Assembly (NCBI GenBank): GCA_034667685.1
Contig: JAXDQU010000106.1
Location: 1 to 64,000 of the forward strand
Length of the DNA stretch: 64,000 nt
From: Thermoplasmata archaeon
GTDB taxonomy: Archaea > Thermoplasmatota > SW-10-69-26 > JACQPN01 > JAJPHT01
Reading direction: 5' to 3'
The translations under genes were made by a program, and so were the position numbers. Within the stretch, counting starts at the first letter, position 1; each line of letters begins with the position of its first letter. The notes beneath the pieces are model-generated. The model saw only the letters and a list, made by a program, of their open reading frames with translations. It was not told the DNA's origin and made no database searches. This document shows positions 47,639-57,678 of this stretch, one piece after another.

Positions 47639-48691
47639 TCAGGCATGGTCCGCGGCGCGCGGCGCATCGTACCTGGCCCGCATGCGGCTGCGCCAGACAA
47701 GCCACCCCAACATGGGCAGGCCGATGTCGCCCACCATGTAGAGCGTATAGAGGCCGGGCGTGACCGCGCCCTGGGTCACCAGGCCCGTCGCGACGAACGC
47801 GACCACGATCCCGCCCGCGACGACCGGCAGCGCGACGCACGCGACGATGCCGGCGAGCTTGTCACGCATGGGCACGCCGCGCGCCGCGAGGACGAGCGAT
47901 CCGAAGCCGATCATGGCGACGAGGAGGAGGCGGCCGCGGTCCAAGGCATTGAGCCGCTCGGGCGAGACGCGGCCCGTCCAGAACACGTGGGCCAGCGGCG
48001 CGGCGACGGCGAGGACGGCGCGCTCGAGCAGGACATCGGCGCCGACGCGCAGCGCAATCCATGTGATGGCCAGGAAGAGAGCGATGAAGGCGAGGACGGC
48101 CCCCAGACGCGCGGCGAGGGCGCGCAGGCCCATGTCGTGGGCGCTCTGGAGCGCGCCGAGGGAGAGCCAGAGGACGAACCCCGCCGCGCCGATGAGGATC
48201 ACGCCCGCCTGCCAGAGGACCACGTGCGCGTAATCGAACCACGCCGGCGCGTTCACGCCGACCCATCCCAGGGTGACCAGGCGCGCGACGTTCACCACGA
48301 GCACGAACGGGAGCGCGGCGAGGGTGCCGATGGCGCGCCAGCGGACCGGGGCGGGGTGAGCGACGATGGCCGCGACAAGCATGATGGCGACGGAGTAGGC
48401 GGTGCAGCCCAGGCTGATGAAGAAAGAGAAGGAGCCCGCGAACGTCACCTGGGGCCCGACGCTGCGCGCGGGCAAGCCCACCAGGCTCGCGCTCCAGGCG
48501 ACCAGCGCCGCCGTGCCGTCCTGGAACGGCGGGCCCTCGTCCGGGAAGAGGAGGTACACGACGAGCCCGACGATGCTGAAAGCGAGAAGATATCGTCCGG
48601 CCACGCGCGCCTGCTCGCCCTTCGCGGCGCGGCGCAGCGACGCGTGCAGCCTCGACACGCTGGGGAGCCCAAGGTAATCGAGCCAGCGCAC
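47639..48691 (-). CDS. Exosortase/archaeosortase family protein (exosortase H-like) with extra C-terminal TM region
   Basis: Catalytic triad motifs ISLGCTA (Cys), NVARL (Arg), FDYAHV (His); start uncertain. Confidence 0.8.
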   Translation of the reverse strand: MRWLDYLGLPSVSRLHASLRRAAKGEQARVAGRYLLAFSIVGLVVYLLFPDEGPPFQDGTAALVAWSASLVGLPARSVGPQVTFAGSFSFFISLGCTAYSVAIMLVAAIVAHPAPVRWRAIGTLAALPFVLVVNVARLVTLGWVGVNAPAWFDYAHVVLWQAGVILIGAAGFVLWLSLGALQSAHDMGLRALAARLGAVLAFIALFLAITWIALRVGADVLLERAVLAVAAPLAHVFWTGRVSPERLNALDRGRLLLVAMIGFGSLVLAARGVPMRDKLAGIVACVALPVVAGGIVVAFVATGLVTQGAVTPGLYTLYMVGDIGLPMLGWLVWRSRMRARYDAPRAADHA

Positions 48692-49006
48692 CTCATTGGG
48701 TCGTCGTCGTCTCGTGCAGACACCCCTGCGCGACATGGGGTCACGCGGCCGCGCGTCCTTGGAGCTTGTGGAGCATTGCTTTCTTTCATCGAGAGGAACA
48801 GACAACCCCCCACGTGCTTTTGGAAACAATTCGTTATGTTAAGCTTCCTCGGTGAGCAGGTATCTAGCCTGCTCCCACGAGGCTGCATGGCACGATATAC
48901 TTCCGCAAGTCACAACGATGGTCTAGTCTGTTACTTGCATGATGATATCCTTCGTGCCCCGGGCGACAGCTCGCCCGAGTGTGGAGGAATCCAATTGGCC
49001 AAAGAC

Positions 49007-50782
49007 ATGCAATCTCCGATCCGAACGCGGCTTCGCGGCAACGGCGTCCGGACGCTGCTGCTCGCGCTCGTCCTCATCGCGCCGCTCTCTCTCGCGGTCG
49101 CCGCGACGCAGCCGCAGGACGTCACCGTGCCCGCTGGGACGACCCTCACCGTGGCGGCGCCCCTCTCCGTGGGCACGCTCACCGTGCTGGGCACGTTGAA
49201 GATGGACGCGCCCGGCGACTTGCGCATCGTCGCGCAGAGCATCCACGTCGGGCCCCACGGCGTAATCGCTGGCTTCGCCGGCGCGCCCGGGCGAGACGCG
49301 CACGGCCTGGGCGCGACGGGAGCGCCAGGCCTCGACGGCGGCTCCGTGTACCTGACCGCACAGTCGGTCGAGGTGGACGAGGGCGGCTTCATCCTGGCGG
49401 GCGCGGGCGGCCACGGCGGCAACGCCGAAGGGCTCGGCCTCGTGACCGCAGGCCCGGGCGGCCAGGGCGGCTCCGTCGTCGTCCAGGCCGTCACGAGCCG
49501 GCTCGACGGCGCGCTCGTGCCCGGGGACGGCGGCGACGGCGGCAACGCGGCCGAGGTCGTCCATGACCTCGTGCTCCAGGGCGCGACGGTGGCAGGTAAC
49601 GGTGGCGACGCGGGCTGGGCTCTCCTCAATGGGCGCCCGGTCGCGCCGAGCGCCGCGCCGCCCCCGATCGTCGCGGAAGTCATCGACCTCGTCTTCTACT
49701 GCGGAGTGCCGCTCCCCCTGACTCCCGTAGGGGCTCCCGGGGCGCCGGGCGTCGTTACGCGCGGCGGGCGTGGCGGCGACGCGTGCATGAGATCCTTCAG
49801 CGCCGATGGCCTGCCGTGCGTCGGTGATGCGGGCGATGGCGAAACCCCCCACCCCACCCACGCGTCGGCCACGGCGGGCAACGGCGGCGCCGGCGGCCCG
49901 ACCCAGCCCGGCGGCGCGGGCGGCACGGCCGTCGCTTGGGCCCGCTCGGGCAACGGGTCCGACGGATGCCCGGGCGCGACGACGGGCGGCGCGGCCGGCA
50001 ATGGCGCGGGCGCCACGGCCGACGCGCAAGGCGGCCGGGGCGGCCAGGGCGGCCACTCCGTCGGCCTCACCGCCGGCGGCAGCGGCGGTGGCGGCGGCAG
50101 CGCGTTCTCGGAAGCATACGGCGGCATCGCCGGCAACGGCGGCAGCATCACGACGGCGATCGGCACCGGCGGCGCCGCCGGCATCGGCGGGGGCGCCTCG
50201 GCCACCGCGGTGGCCGGCGATGGCGGCAGCGGCGGCGACAACAACTCGGGCATCGGCGGTGGCGGCGGTTCGGCGAACGCGACGGCGATCGCGGGTCACG
50301 GCGGCAACGGCGGCAACGCCGGGCCCGGCCTGACTGGCGGCACCGCGGGCCTCGGCGGCTCCGGCGGCAATCCCTCGTCCTCGGCCCGTGCGGGCAGCGG
50401 CGGTGCAGGCTCGATCGGCGGTGGCGGCGGCGACGCGAAGGCGACCACCGGCGGCCCGGGTCAGAGCCCGTACGGCGGCGACGCGGGCAACATCGGCACG
50501 GCTCAGCCCGGCGGCAGTGGCGGGAGTTGGAGCGCGGTCGCCATCGCAGGCGATGGTGGCGACGGCTGCTCGAGCCCGACCCACACGCCCGTCCCGGGCA
50601 ACGGCGGCCAGGGCGTGGCGTCCGGCCCCACGGGCGGTGCGCCCGGAGGCAACGGCACGCCCCACGGCCAGGCCGGCTCGAGCCTCCAGACATCCTCCGC
50701 CAACGGGAGCTCCGGCGGCATCGACGGACCCACGTGCGCGACGGGCATGCACGCCCCGCCGCCTTTCCAGGACGTCTTCTAG
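49007..50782 (+). CDS. Secreted Gly-rich (GGxGGxGG) surface protein 1
   Basis: Signal peptide, beta-rich N-domain (VLGTL), long GGxGG repeats, spaced Cys. Confidence 0.8.
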   Translation: MQSPIRTRLRGNGVRTLLLALVLIAPLSLAVAATQPQDVTVPAGTTLTVAAPLSVGTLTVLGTLKMDAPGDLRIVAQSIHVGPHGVIAGFAGAPGRDAHGLGATGAPGLDGGSVYLTAQSVEVDEGGFILAGAGGHGGNAEGLGLVTAGPGGQGGSVVVQAVTSRLDGALVPGDGGDGGNAAEVVHDLVLQGATVAGNGGDAGWALLNGRPVAPSAAPPPIVAEVIDLVFYCGVPLPLTPVGAPGAPGVVTRGGRGGDACMRSFSADGLPCVGDAGDGETPHPTHASATAGNGGAGGPTQPGGAGGTAVAWARSGNGSDGCPGATTGGAAGNGAGATADAQGGRGGQGGHSVGLTAGGSGGGGGSAFSEAYGGIAGNGGSITTAIGTGGAAGIGGGASATAVAGDGGSGGDNNSGIGGGGGSANATAIAGHGGNGGNAGPGLTGGTAGLGGSGGNPSSSARAGSGGAGSIGGGGGDAKATTGGPGQSPYGGDAGNIGTAQPGGSGGSWSAVAIAGDGGDGCSSPTHTPVPGNGGQGVASGPTGGAPGGNGTPHGQAGSSLQTSSANGSSGGIDGPTCATGMHAPPPFQDVF

Positions 50783-50868
50783 GAGGAGACGGCAAGAGCG
50801 TGACATCCGGAGCCGTGCGTTCCGCGCCGCACGGCTCCTCTTTTCCCTTTTCCCCAGGAGAACGACGC

Positions 50869-52518
50869 ATGGACCCCGGACGCAAGCCCCGTATCCCGCG
50901 TGCATTTGCCATCGCGTGCGCCGCGCTCGTCGCCCTGACGAGCCTCGGCGCCGCCTCGCTCGCGCAATCCGCGGGGCCCGACATTGTCGTCGCGCGGGGC
51001 GTGACGCTCACGCTCGATGCGCCCGCGCACCTGCGCCATCTCCTCGTCCAGGGCGAGCTGGTCCTCGACCTGCCGCCCCATGCGGTCCTCGCTGCCGATG
51101 ACGTCCGCGTCGCCTCGTCCGGCGCGATCCGCGGCGCCAACGGCGCGGACGCGCCCGCCGCGCGCGGCCTCGACGCGTCTGGCCTGCCAGGCGCGCCCGG
51201 CGCGAGCGTCGCGCTGCGCGTCGGCTCGCTGGTGGTCGAGCGCGGCGGCGCGATCGTTGCCGGCTCGGGCGGGCGCGGCGGCGACGCCCTCGGATCCGGC
51301 CTCCTCCGCGGCGGCCCCGGAGGCGCCGGCGGCTCGCTCCTCCTCGACGCGGCGCAGAGCAGTGTCGAGGGGCGCCTCGCGGCGGGCTCGGGTGGCGAAG
51401 GCGGCGACGCGATCGCGCTGCGCGCGCCGGCGACCGCGCAGGGCGGACGCGGCGGCGACACGGGCGTCGCGCTGCTCGACGGCGCGCCGATCCCCATGAC
51501 GAATGATATCATGCCGTCCCCGCGCTTCGCGGCCGGGTGCAGCTCGCCGCCTCTCGGCGCGCCCGGCGCGGCCGTCGTCGGCGGCGCGGGCGGATACGCC
51601 TGCATGCGCGTCGAGAGCGAGGCCGGCGCGCCCGGCCCCGCGTGCGGCCCCGGCACGGAAGGCGGGCCGGCCCTCGCCCTCGCCATCGGCGGCGACGGCG
51701 GCGACGGCCTCGCGCCTGGCGCCCCCGGAGGCGCCGGCGGCAGCGCGTTCGCGCAGGCCGACGCCGGGCAAGGCGGCGCGGGCGCGGACTGCATCACGGG
51801 CAGCGGCGGCGCCGGAGGCGTTGGCGGCCGGGCCCTCGCCCAGGCGCGCGCGGGCCAGGGCGGCCAGGGAGGCGTGGGCGCGGCGGGCGGCGCCGGCGGA
51901 CTCGCCTTCGCGCAGGCGCGCGGCGGACCCGGTGGCGCAGGCGGGTCGGGCGCGCTCGCGGGAGGCGCTGGCGGCGTCGGCGGCGCGGCGGACGCCTCGG
52001 CGCTTGGCGGCGCGGGCGGCGCGGGCGGAGCGCTCGGCGCGCCCGCAGGCGGAGGCGGCCCCGGCCGCGCGGACGCTTCGGGCGGCCACGGCGGCGCGGG
52101 AGGCCGCGGCCAGACGGCGGGCGGGAATGGCGGCGAAGGAGGCGCAACCTCCGCCAACGCCACCGGAGGCGGCGGCGGGGCCGGGGATTCCGGCGGAGGC
52201 GGCGGACCGGGAATCACCAGCATCGACGCGCGCGGCGGCGACGGCGGCGCGCCCGATGGCCTGGGCGGAGCGGGAGGCGCGTGGCGCTCCATCGCCACCG
52301 GAGGCGCGGGCGGCGACGGGTGCGACGGCGGCCAGGGCGCGAACGGCGGCTTCGCGGTGGCCGGCACGCCGGGCCCAGGCGTCTCGGGCGGATCGAACAC
52401 GGAAGGTGGCACGGCTCCCCCGGGCGCCGGCAGCGCCACCGCGACGCAAGGCCGGGCCGGAGCCGCGGGCGGGCCGGGCTGCATGTTGTTAGCGATCGAC
52501 TGGAGGACACCAAGATGA
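50869..52518 (+). CDS. Secreted Gly-rich surface protein 2
   Basis: AGGAG RBS; same architecture as protein 1. Confidence 0.8.
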   Translation: MDPGRKPRIPRAFAIACAALVALTSLGAASLAQSAGPDIVVARGVTLTLDAPAHLRHLLVQGELVLDLPPHAVLAADDVRVASSGAIRGANGADAPAARGLDASGLPGAPGASVALRVGSLVVERGGAIVAGSGGRGGDALGSGLLRGGPGGAGGSLLLDAAQSSVEGRLAAGSGGEGGDAIALRAPATAQGGRGGDTGVALLDGAPIPMTNDIMPSPRFAAGCSSPPLGAPGAAVVGGAGGYACMRVESEAGAPGPACGPGTEGGPALALAIGGDGGDGLAPGAPGGAGGSAFAQADAGQGGAGADCITGSGGAGGVGGRALAQARAGQGGQGGVGAAGGAGGLAFAQARGGPGGAGGSGALAGGAGGVGGAADASALGGAGGAGGALGAPAGGGGPGRADASGGHGGAGGRGQTAGGNGGEGGATSANATGGGGGAGDSGGGGGPGITSIDARGGDGGAPDGLGGAGGAWRSIATGGAGGDGCDGGQGANGGFAVAGTPGPGVSGGSNTEGGTAPPGAGSATATQGRAGAAGGPGCMLLAIDWRTPR

Positions 52519-54332
52519 TATCAGGACACGGAGCCCGAAGGACAAACCGATCGACCCGGCTCGCTGCGACCTGCGCGGTCGCGTTGGGCCTCGTTCTCCT
52601 GACGCCGATCGTGGGCAGCTTCGGGACCAATGCGCCCGGGATGGACGCGAGCGTCCCTGAGGGCGCGGTGACGACGCTGCAAGGCGCGCGCTCGTTGCAC
52701 GACATCGACGTGCTGGGCACGCTCGTGCTCGACCTCGCCCCCGGCCAGACCCTCGACGCGGTCCATGTGCACGTGGGCGGCCACGGCGCGATCGTGGGTG
52801 CCGCAGGCGCGGCGGGCGCAGACGCGCAGGGACGCGACGCGCAGGGCGCCGCAGGCGCGGAGGGCGGCCGCGTGGTGATCCAGGCGGACTCCATCACGCT
52901 CGACGAAGGAAGCCTCGTGCAGGGCGGCCGTGGCGGTGAGGGCGGCGCGGCGACTGGCTACGGCGTCGTGGTCGGCGGCAACGGAGGCACGGGCGGCTTC
53001 GTGCGCGTGACCGCGCGGGAGCGCAGCGTGCACGGCCTCATCCTGCCCGGCTCGGGCGGCGACGGCGGCGCGGCCGTCGAGATCGTCAACGCGTCGCAGG
53101 TCGTCGGCATGAGCGTCAAGGCCGTCGGCGGGCGCGGGGGCGACACGGGCCGCGCGTGGCTCAATGGCGTCCTGGTCCCGGCCAAGCTGCCCGACCTGCC
53201 GAAGCCGCCGCTTGTCTCGATCAATCCGCCGCTCCAGTGCCCCGGCGGCGCGGCGCTCATCATCGGCTCGCCCGGGTTGCCCGAGGGCGGCCACGGCGGG
53301 ACCGCGTGCATGCTCAGCATCGGCGCCCCGGGCGCCAACGGGTCGGGCTGCGCTGGCTCGACGGGCGACGCGGGCTCGACGGGAGACGCGGCAGCGGCTG
53401 CGGCGGTCGGCGGACGCGGCGGCGACGCCGCGCTTCCGGGCGTGCCCGGCGGCGGGGGCGGCGACGCGTGGGCGATCGCGCGCGGCGGCAACGGCGGCGA
53501 CGGAAACAGCTGCCTGACCGGCGGCGCGGGTGGCAACGGTGGCGGCGCACAAGCGGAGGCCGTCGGAGGCGAGGGCGGCATGGGCGGGACGCTCGGCGCC
53601 CTGGGCGGCTTGGGCGGCTGCGGCTACGCAGAGGCCAAGGGAGGGCTCGGCGGCACGGGAGGCTCGGGCTCGACCACCGGAGGCGCTGGCGGCTCGGGCG
53701 GCAGCGCGTCCGCCACGACGGACGGCGGCGACGGCGGGCCCGGCGGCCTGCCCAACGGCCTGGCCGGCGACGGCGGCTGCACGTTCACCTTCGGGGCGGG
53801 CGGCAACGGAGGCCGCGGTGGGGCCTGCACCAGCATGTCCCTCTGCACGGCCGGCACGGGCGGCAGCGCGGGCCAGCCCACCGACGCCAAGTCGCGCGGC
53901 GGACGCGGTGGCGACGGCGGGCGCGGAGGGAATGGCGGCGCGGCGCACAGCGAGGTTGACCCGCGCGGCGGGGACGGCGGCGTGCCCAATGGCCTGGGCG
54001 GGCTGGGCGGCAGCGTGAGCGTCCTGGCGGCGGGCGGCGACGGCGGGAACAGCCTCACCTGGCCCGAAGGGGGACTGGGCGGCGAGGCGAGCACGCTGAT
54101 CCCCCAGGGGAGCCTCGATGGCGGCCTGGGCGGCGACGGCACCCCCGCGCTGGGCGGGGTGGTTCTCGCCGACCAATCCAAGCGGGGCGAGGATGGGGTC
54201 GGGACCGGTGGGCCTGGGCCCTCCGTTGGCGGCGCACCCACGCTCTCATCCTGGGGCGCGGCGCTCATGGCCGCCGCGCTGCTTGGCGTGGGCGTCGCCT
54301 TCACGCGGCCCCGAAGGCCCGATCAGCCCTGA
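52515..54332 (+). CDS. Secreted Gly-rich surface protein 3 with IPTL-CTERM-like sorting signal
   Basis: ATGA overlap; C-terminus APTLSSWGAALMAAALLGVGVAFTRPRR. Confidence 0.82.
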   Translation: MISGHGARRTNRSTRLAATCAVALGLVLLTPIVGSFGTNAPGMDASVPEGAVTTLQGARSLHDIDVLGTLVLDLAPGQTLDAVHVHVGGHGAIVGAAGAAGADAQGRDAQGAAGAEGGRVVIQADSITLDEGSLVQGGRGGEGGAATGYGVVVGGNGGTGGFVRVTARERSVHGLILPGSGGDGGAAVEIVNASQVVGMSVKAVGGRGGDTGRAWLNGVLVPAKLPDLPKPPLVSINPPLQCPGGAALIIGSPGLPEGGHGGTACMLSIGAPGANGSGCAGSTGDAGSTGDAAAAAAVGGRGGDAALPGVPGGGGGDAWAIARGGNGGDGNSCLTGGAGGNGGGAQAEAVGGEGGMGGTLGALGGLGGCGYAEAKGGLGGTGGSGSTTGGAGGSGGSASATTDGGDGGPGGLPNGLAGDGGCTFTFGAGGNGGRGGACTSMSLCTAGTGGSAGQPTDAKSRGGRGGDGGRGGNGGAAHSEVDPRGGDGGVPNGLGGLGGSVSVLAAGGDGGNSLTWPEGGLGGEASTLIPQGSLDGGLGGDGTPALGGVVLADQSKRGEDGVGTGGPGPSVGGAPTLSSWGAALMAAALLGVGVAFTRPRRPDQP

Positions 54333-54387
54333 GCACCGCTCGGACGCATGGCCCGCGCCACGGCGGGATGCACCTCGGCTCGGCCGC

Positions 54388-54409
54388 GGGGCTACTTGGG
54401 GGTTGCGGG
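54388..54409. repeat. 22-bp direct repeat, right copy
   Basis: Identical to 47580-47601; overlaps stop of ORF 54392-54751. Confidence 0.92.
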
Positions 54410-54751
54410 TGCGGGCGTCTCCCGCTCGCGGTTGATGAGCCGCACGGCCGAGGCGCGCGTCTTGGCGCTGGGGGGCCACGCGATGTCGCGGCGCCCCTTC
54501 GCGTCGCGCTTGACGTCGTGGTCGGCGCGGGCGGGCGCGGGCGCGGCGACGGGGGCATCCCCGGCGCGGACCGCGCGCGGCGCGTGCATCGCGCGCATGA
54601 CGTCCGCGCTGCGCAGCCACGCCTTGCAGCCCACGCAGGCCATCCCTCCGGCGCGGCTGAGCGTCACGAGGTGGGCCGCGTTGGCCCCCGCGCAGACGGG
54701 GCACACGAACGGGATCAGGACGGGGGCGCGCGGAGGTGAGACGTTCAACAC
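54392..54751 (-). CDS. Small zinc-ribbon protein
   Basis: CPVC..CVGC; start uncertain. Confidence 0.5.
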   Translation of the reverse strand: MLNVSPPRAPVLIPFVCPVCAGANAAHLVTLSRAGGMACVGCKAWLRSADVMRAMHAPRAVRAGDAPVAAPAPARADHDVKRDAKGRRDIAWPPSAKTRASAVRLINRERETPAPATPK

Positions 54752-54782
54752 AACCTAGGGGGCCGCCAGGGACACGCCCGCC

Positions 54783-56291
54783 TTATAAGGCAGACGGGTC
54801 CGCGAGGGGTGGGAGCGCCTCCAGCGCGCCGCGCAGCGCCGGCCCTTCCGCCAGCGTGCCCACCGTGAGCACGTTGCCCATCTTGTGGACGGTCGGGTCG
54901 GTGACGCATTTCTCGTTGCAGACGTCGACGAAGACGGCGTAGGGGCGGCCCTGGGGGTCGATGGCGGCGTCGATGAAGTCGTCCATCCCGCCGCAGCGCG
55001 TCTTGCCGCACACGCCGCGCGCGAGGGGGTTGGCCGGGTCGTTGGCGGTGACGGTGGTGGCGACGGGGTGCGCGTCCTTCGCGTCGGTCATGACGGTGAG
55101 GTAGCCGTTCCACGAGGCGTTGGCCCACTCGGGCGGGTCCTGCGCGGGGCTGGCGATGTCGGTGACCGTGCCCTCGGGGCCGGTCTGCTTGCCCGCGTAC
55201 CCGCCGGGGATCGTCGTGGCGACGTAGGCGAACACGAGGCGGCCGTCGGCGCCCGCGGCGAGGGCGGGGAACGCGGCGGCGGTGACCTCGGGGGGCGAGA
55301 CGACGAGGGCGGGCGCCCACGTGACACCGTGGTCCTTGCTCCAGGCGTAGGTGGGCAGGCCCTTGTCGCTGATCCATCCCGCGTACACGGTGCCGTTGTC
55401 GTCGACGGCGAGGTTCACGTCGTGCACGACGCCGCTGTTGATCACGGCGGAGCCCTTCGCGATGACGTGCGAGGTCCACGTGAGGCCGTCGTCCTCGGTG
55501 ACGCCGATCGTGGGGTTGCGGTTGCAGCCGCCGTGCGCGAGGAAGACGCGCCCGTCCTTGTCCGTGACCGGGTGGCCCAGCGAGTCGCCCGGGCAGTCGG
55601 TGGGGTCGGTCGTCTGCGGGAAGACCGTCACGACGGGGCCGAACGTGTAGCCGCCGTTGAGCGAGGTGGCGCACTCGGTCGTGACGCCGGTGTTCGTGCA
55701 CGAGTAGACGACATTGGGATAGAGCGGGCTCACGGGGAGCATGCGCGGCTTGGCGGCGACCATGCTCTGGTGGTCCGCGATGGGGACACCCGCGCCCACG
55801 CCGCAGCCCACGGGGCTCGTGGTCCACGTGGCGCCCGCGTCGTCCGTCCACGAGAGGATCGCGCACTCGGCGTCGTTCTCGTTCTTGTAGACGCGCCCCG
55901 TCGTCGGGTCGAGGTACATGTACGGGTCGAGCGTCTGCGGCGGCGCGTGCTGGCCCGTGGGCAGCGTGGGCCCCACGTCCTTCCACGTCAGGCCGTGGTC
56001 CTCGGAGCGCATGATGGTGGGCTCGCCAGCCTGGAACGCCTCGGCGAAGATGCGCCCCTTGCTATCAATGCCCAGCGTGGGCTCGCCGCCCGAGGCGCCG
56101 GTGGAGAGCTGCAGGCCGCGGGCGGGCAGGGGCGCGGCGGCCGGGATCGCGCCGCCGCCGAGGACGTGGACCTCGCCCGCGAGCGAGGCGGGGAGCGTCG
56201 AGGCGCTCTGGACGGGCTGGGGGACGGCGCCGGGCGCGGCGCAGCCGGCGAGCAGGACGGCCAAGGCGAGGAAGACGAGCGCGAGACGCAT
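54783..56291 (-). CDS. BNR/Asp-box (sialidase-like beta-propeller) lipoprotein
   Basis: LAGC lipobox; repeated S/T-x-D-x-G-x-T-W Asp boxes. Confidence 0.85.
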   Translation of the reverse strand: MRLALVFLALAVLLAGCAAPGAVPQPVQSASTLPASLAGEVHVLGGGAIPAAAPLPARGLQLSTGASGGEPTLGIDSKGRIFAEAFQAGEPTIMRSEDHGLTWKDVGPTLPTGQHAPPQTLDPYMYLDPTTGRVYKNENDAECAILSWTDDAGATWTTSPVGCGVGAGVPIADHQSMVAAKPRMLPVSPLYPNVVYSCTNTGVTTECATSLNGGYTFGPVVTVFPQTTDPTDCPGDSLGHPVTDKDGRVFLAHGGCNRNPTIGVTEDDGLTWTSHVIAKGSAVINSGVVHDVNLAVDDNGTVYAGWISDKGLPTYAWSKDHGVTWAPALVVSPPEVTAAAFPALAAGADGRLVFAYVATTIPGGYAGKQTGPEGTVTDIASPAQDPPEWANASWNGYLTVMTDAKDAHPVATTVTANDPANPLARGVCGKTRCGGMDDFIDAAIDPQGRPYAVFVDVCNEKCVTDPTVHKMGNVLTVGTLAEGPALRGALEALPPLADPSAL

Positions 56292-56374
56292 GCGCGCGCA
56301 CGGCCGGCGGGCACACAAAGGCGTTGTGGTGCTGTCGCAACAATCCTCCACAACGATGATCGGCGCGCGCCCCG

Positions 56375-56740
56375 ATGTCCGAGGCGGTGTCGGTTGTGCG
56401 GACCCCTCTCTTCCTCGGCATGCTCCTCGTGACGTCCCTCGTCGCCCTCGCGCCCTCGGGCAACGCCGCCGCGAACGGCTGCGTCGACGCGGGCAGCGGC
56501 ATCACCGCGTGCGGCGCGGCCGTCGCGGTCGGGTGCGGCGTCAGCACGGGTGTGGGCGCGGCGACCGGCATCGTCGCGTGGACGCTCGTGAGCAGCACCG
56601 AATCGGGCTCGAAGTCGTTCAGCCTGCGCGCGCCCGCCTTCGCCGGCGCCGCCGACGCGCCGTGCACCACGGCCTCGTGCACGACGGGCTTCCTCTACGC
56701 CAACGGCGTGCTTGTCTCCGAGAGCCAGACCGTGTGCTGA
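56375..56740 (+). CDS. Small secreted Cys-containing protein
   Basis: Signal peptide; 6 Cys; followed by hairpin GGCTCAGA..TCTGAGCC. Confidence 0.55.
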   Translation: MSEAVSVVRTPLFLGMLLVTSLVALAPSGNAAANGCVDAGSGITACGAAVAVGCGVSTGVGAATGIVAWTLVSSTESGSKSFSLRAPAFAGAADAPCTTASCTTGFLYANGVLVSESQTVC

Positions 56741-56853
56741 GGCTCAGAGCCGCTTCTGAGCCGCGGAGAGAAGGCGAAGCGTCCTCGCACCCAGGGGCCG
56801 CGCCCCCTTGACAAGGTACGCGGGCGGTGTTCACGCGGCGGAGCCCCCTGACC

Positions 56854-57678
56854 TCACGCGATGGGGTGCGAACTGACGTCGTTGACGGCCTTCTTGAGCC
56901 GCTTCAGGTCGAGTCTCTTCCTTGCGTGCGCATCGCGCTGCCAGGCGTCCAACGAATCGATGACCGTGTGCGCCTCGACGAGGTAGCATTCCGCGGCCTT
57001 CCACGTCAGGAGCTGATCCCCCTCCCTCCACGTGTGGACGAGCCAGATGCCGTTCTCGTCGTAATCGCGCGCCCACATCGAGTGCCCGCCGCCCGAGTTG
57101 GGCAGCCAGTCGCCGATCGCGGGCTGCCCGACGGGAATGTCCCAGGCCTTTGGGGGCGAGATGGACTCGAACGCCTTCGGGAGCGCAAGGCACACCGCGA
57201 TCCCATGGGCGCCGCTCGAGGCGATCGCGCGGCGAACCTCCTGCTGGTCGAGGTGGTTGACCCTGACGTACGCGTCGATGGTCAGCGCGCGTCCGCTGGC
57301 GTCGCGGATCGACAGCTCGGGGCGGCGCCAACGGTCGAGCGCGTCGGTCTCGTACGCGCCCTCGTCGTTGCCCCCGTAGAGGTCCGCGCACATCTTCTCG
57401 AACACGCGAAGCGGCTCGTCCTCGGCAATCTGCGGGACGTGCCCCGTCTCGAGCCGCTCCATGCGCAGCATGGCGACGGCCTGCTTCGCGATCGTGCAAT
57501 CGTTGTGCTCTGTGTTGCCGTAGGCATGCCTGGCGAAAGGCGCCCTGCGGTTCCAGAAGCCCGTCGCCTTGGGAGGCTTCACGGTCCCCCGCGCGAAGGC
57601 TCCGAACATCAGGGCTTTCGCCGACGTCTTCGGGGGCAGGCATCCGGTTCTCCTGTTCGCGAGTGGTGTTCGCATCAT
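56854..57678 (-). CDS. Papain-like (C1-related) cysteine peptidase
   Basis: GN...NDCTIA (Cys), GGHSM (His), VHTW; no signal peptide; ATGA overlap with upstream gene. Confidence 0.7.
   Translation of the reverse strand: MMRTPLANRRTGCLPPKTSAKALMFGAFARGTVKPPKATGFWNRRAPFARHAYGNTEHNDCTIAKQAVAMLRMERLETGHVPQIAEDEPLRVFEKMCADLYGGNDEGAYETDALDRWRRPELSIRDASGRALTIDAYVRVNHLDQQEVRRAIASSGAHGIAVCLALPKAFESISPPKAWDIPVGQPAIGDWLPNSGGGHSMWARDYDENGIWLVHTWREGDQLLTWKAAECYLVEAHTVIDSLDAWQRDAHARKRLDLKRLKKAVNDVSSHPIA

Noticed and set aside
49007-54332. Calling the Gly-rich proteins PE-PGRS or collagen
   Set aside because: No PE domain and no sustained Gly-X-Y triplets; similarity is compositional
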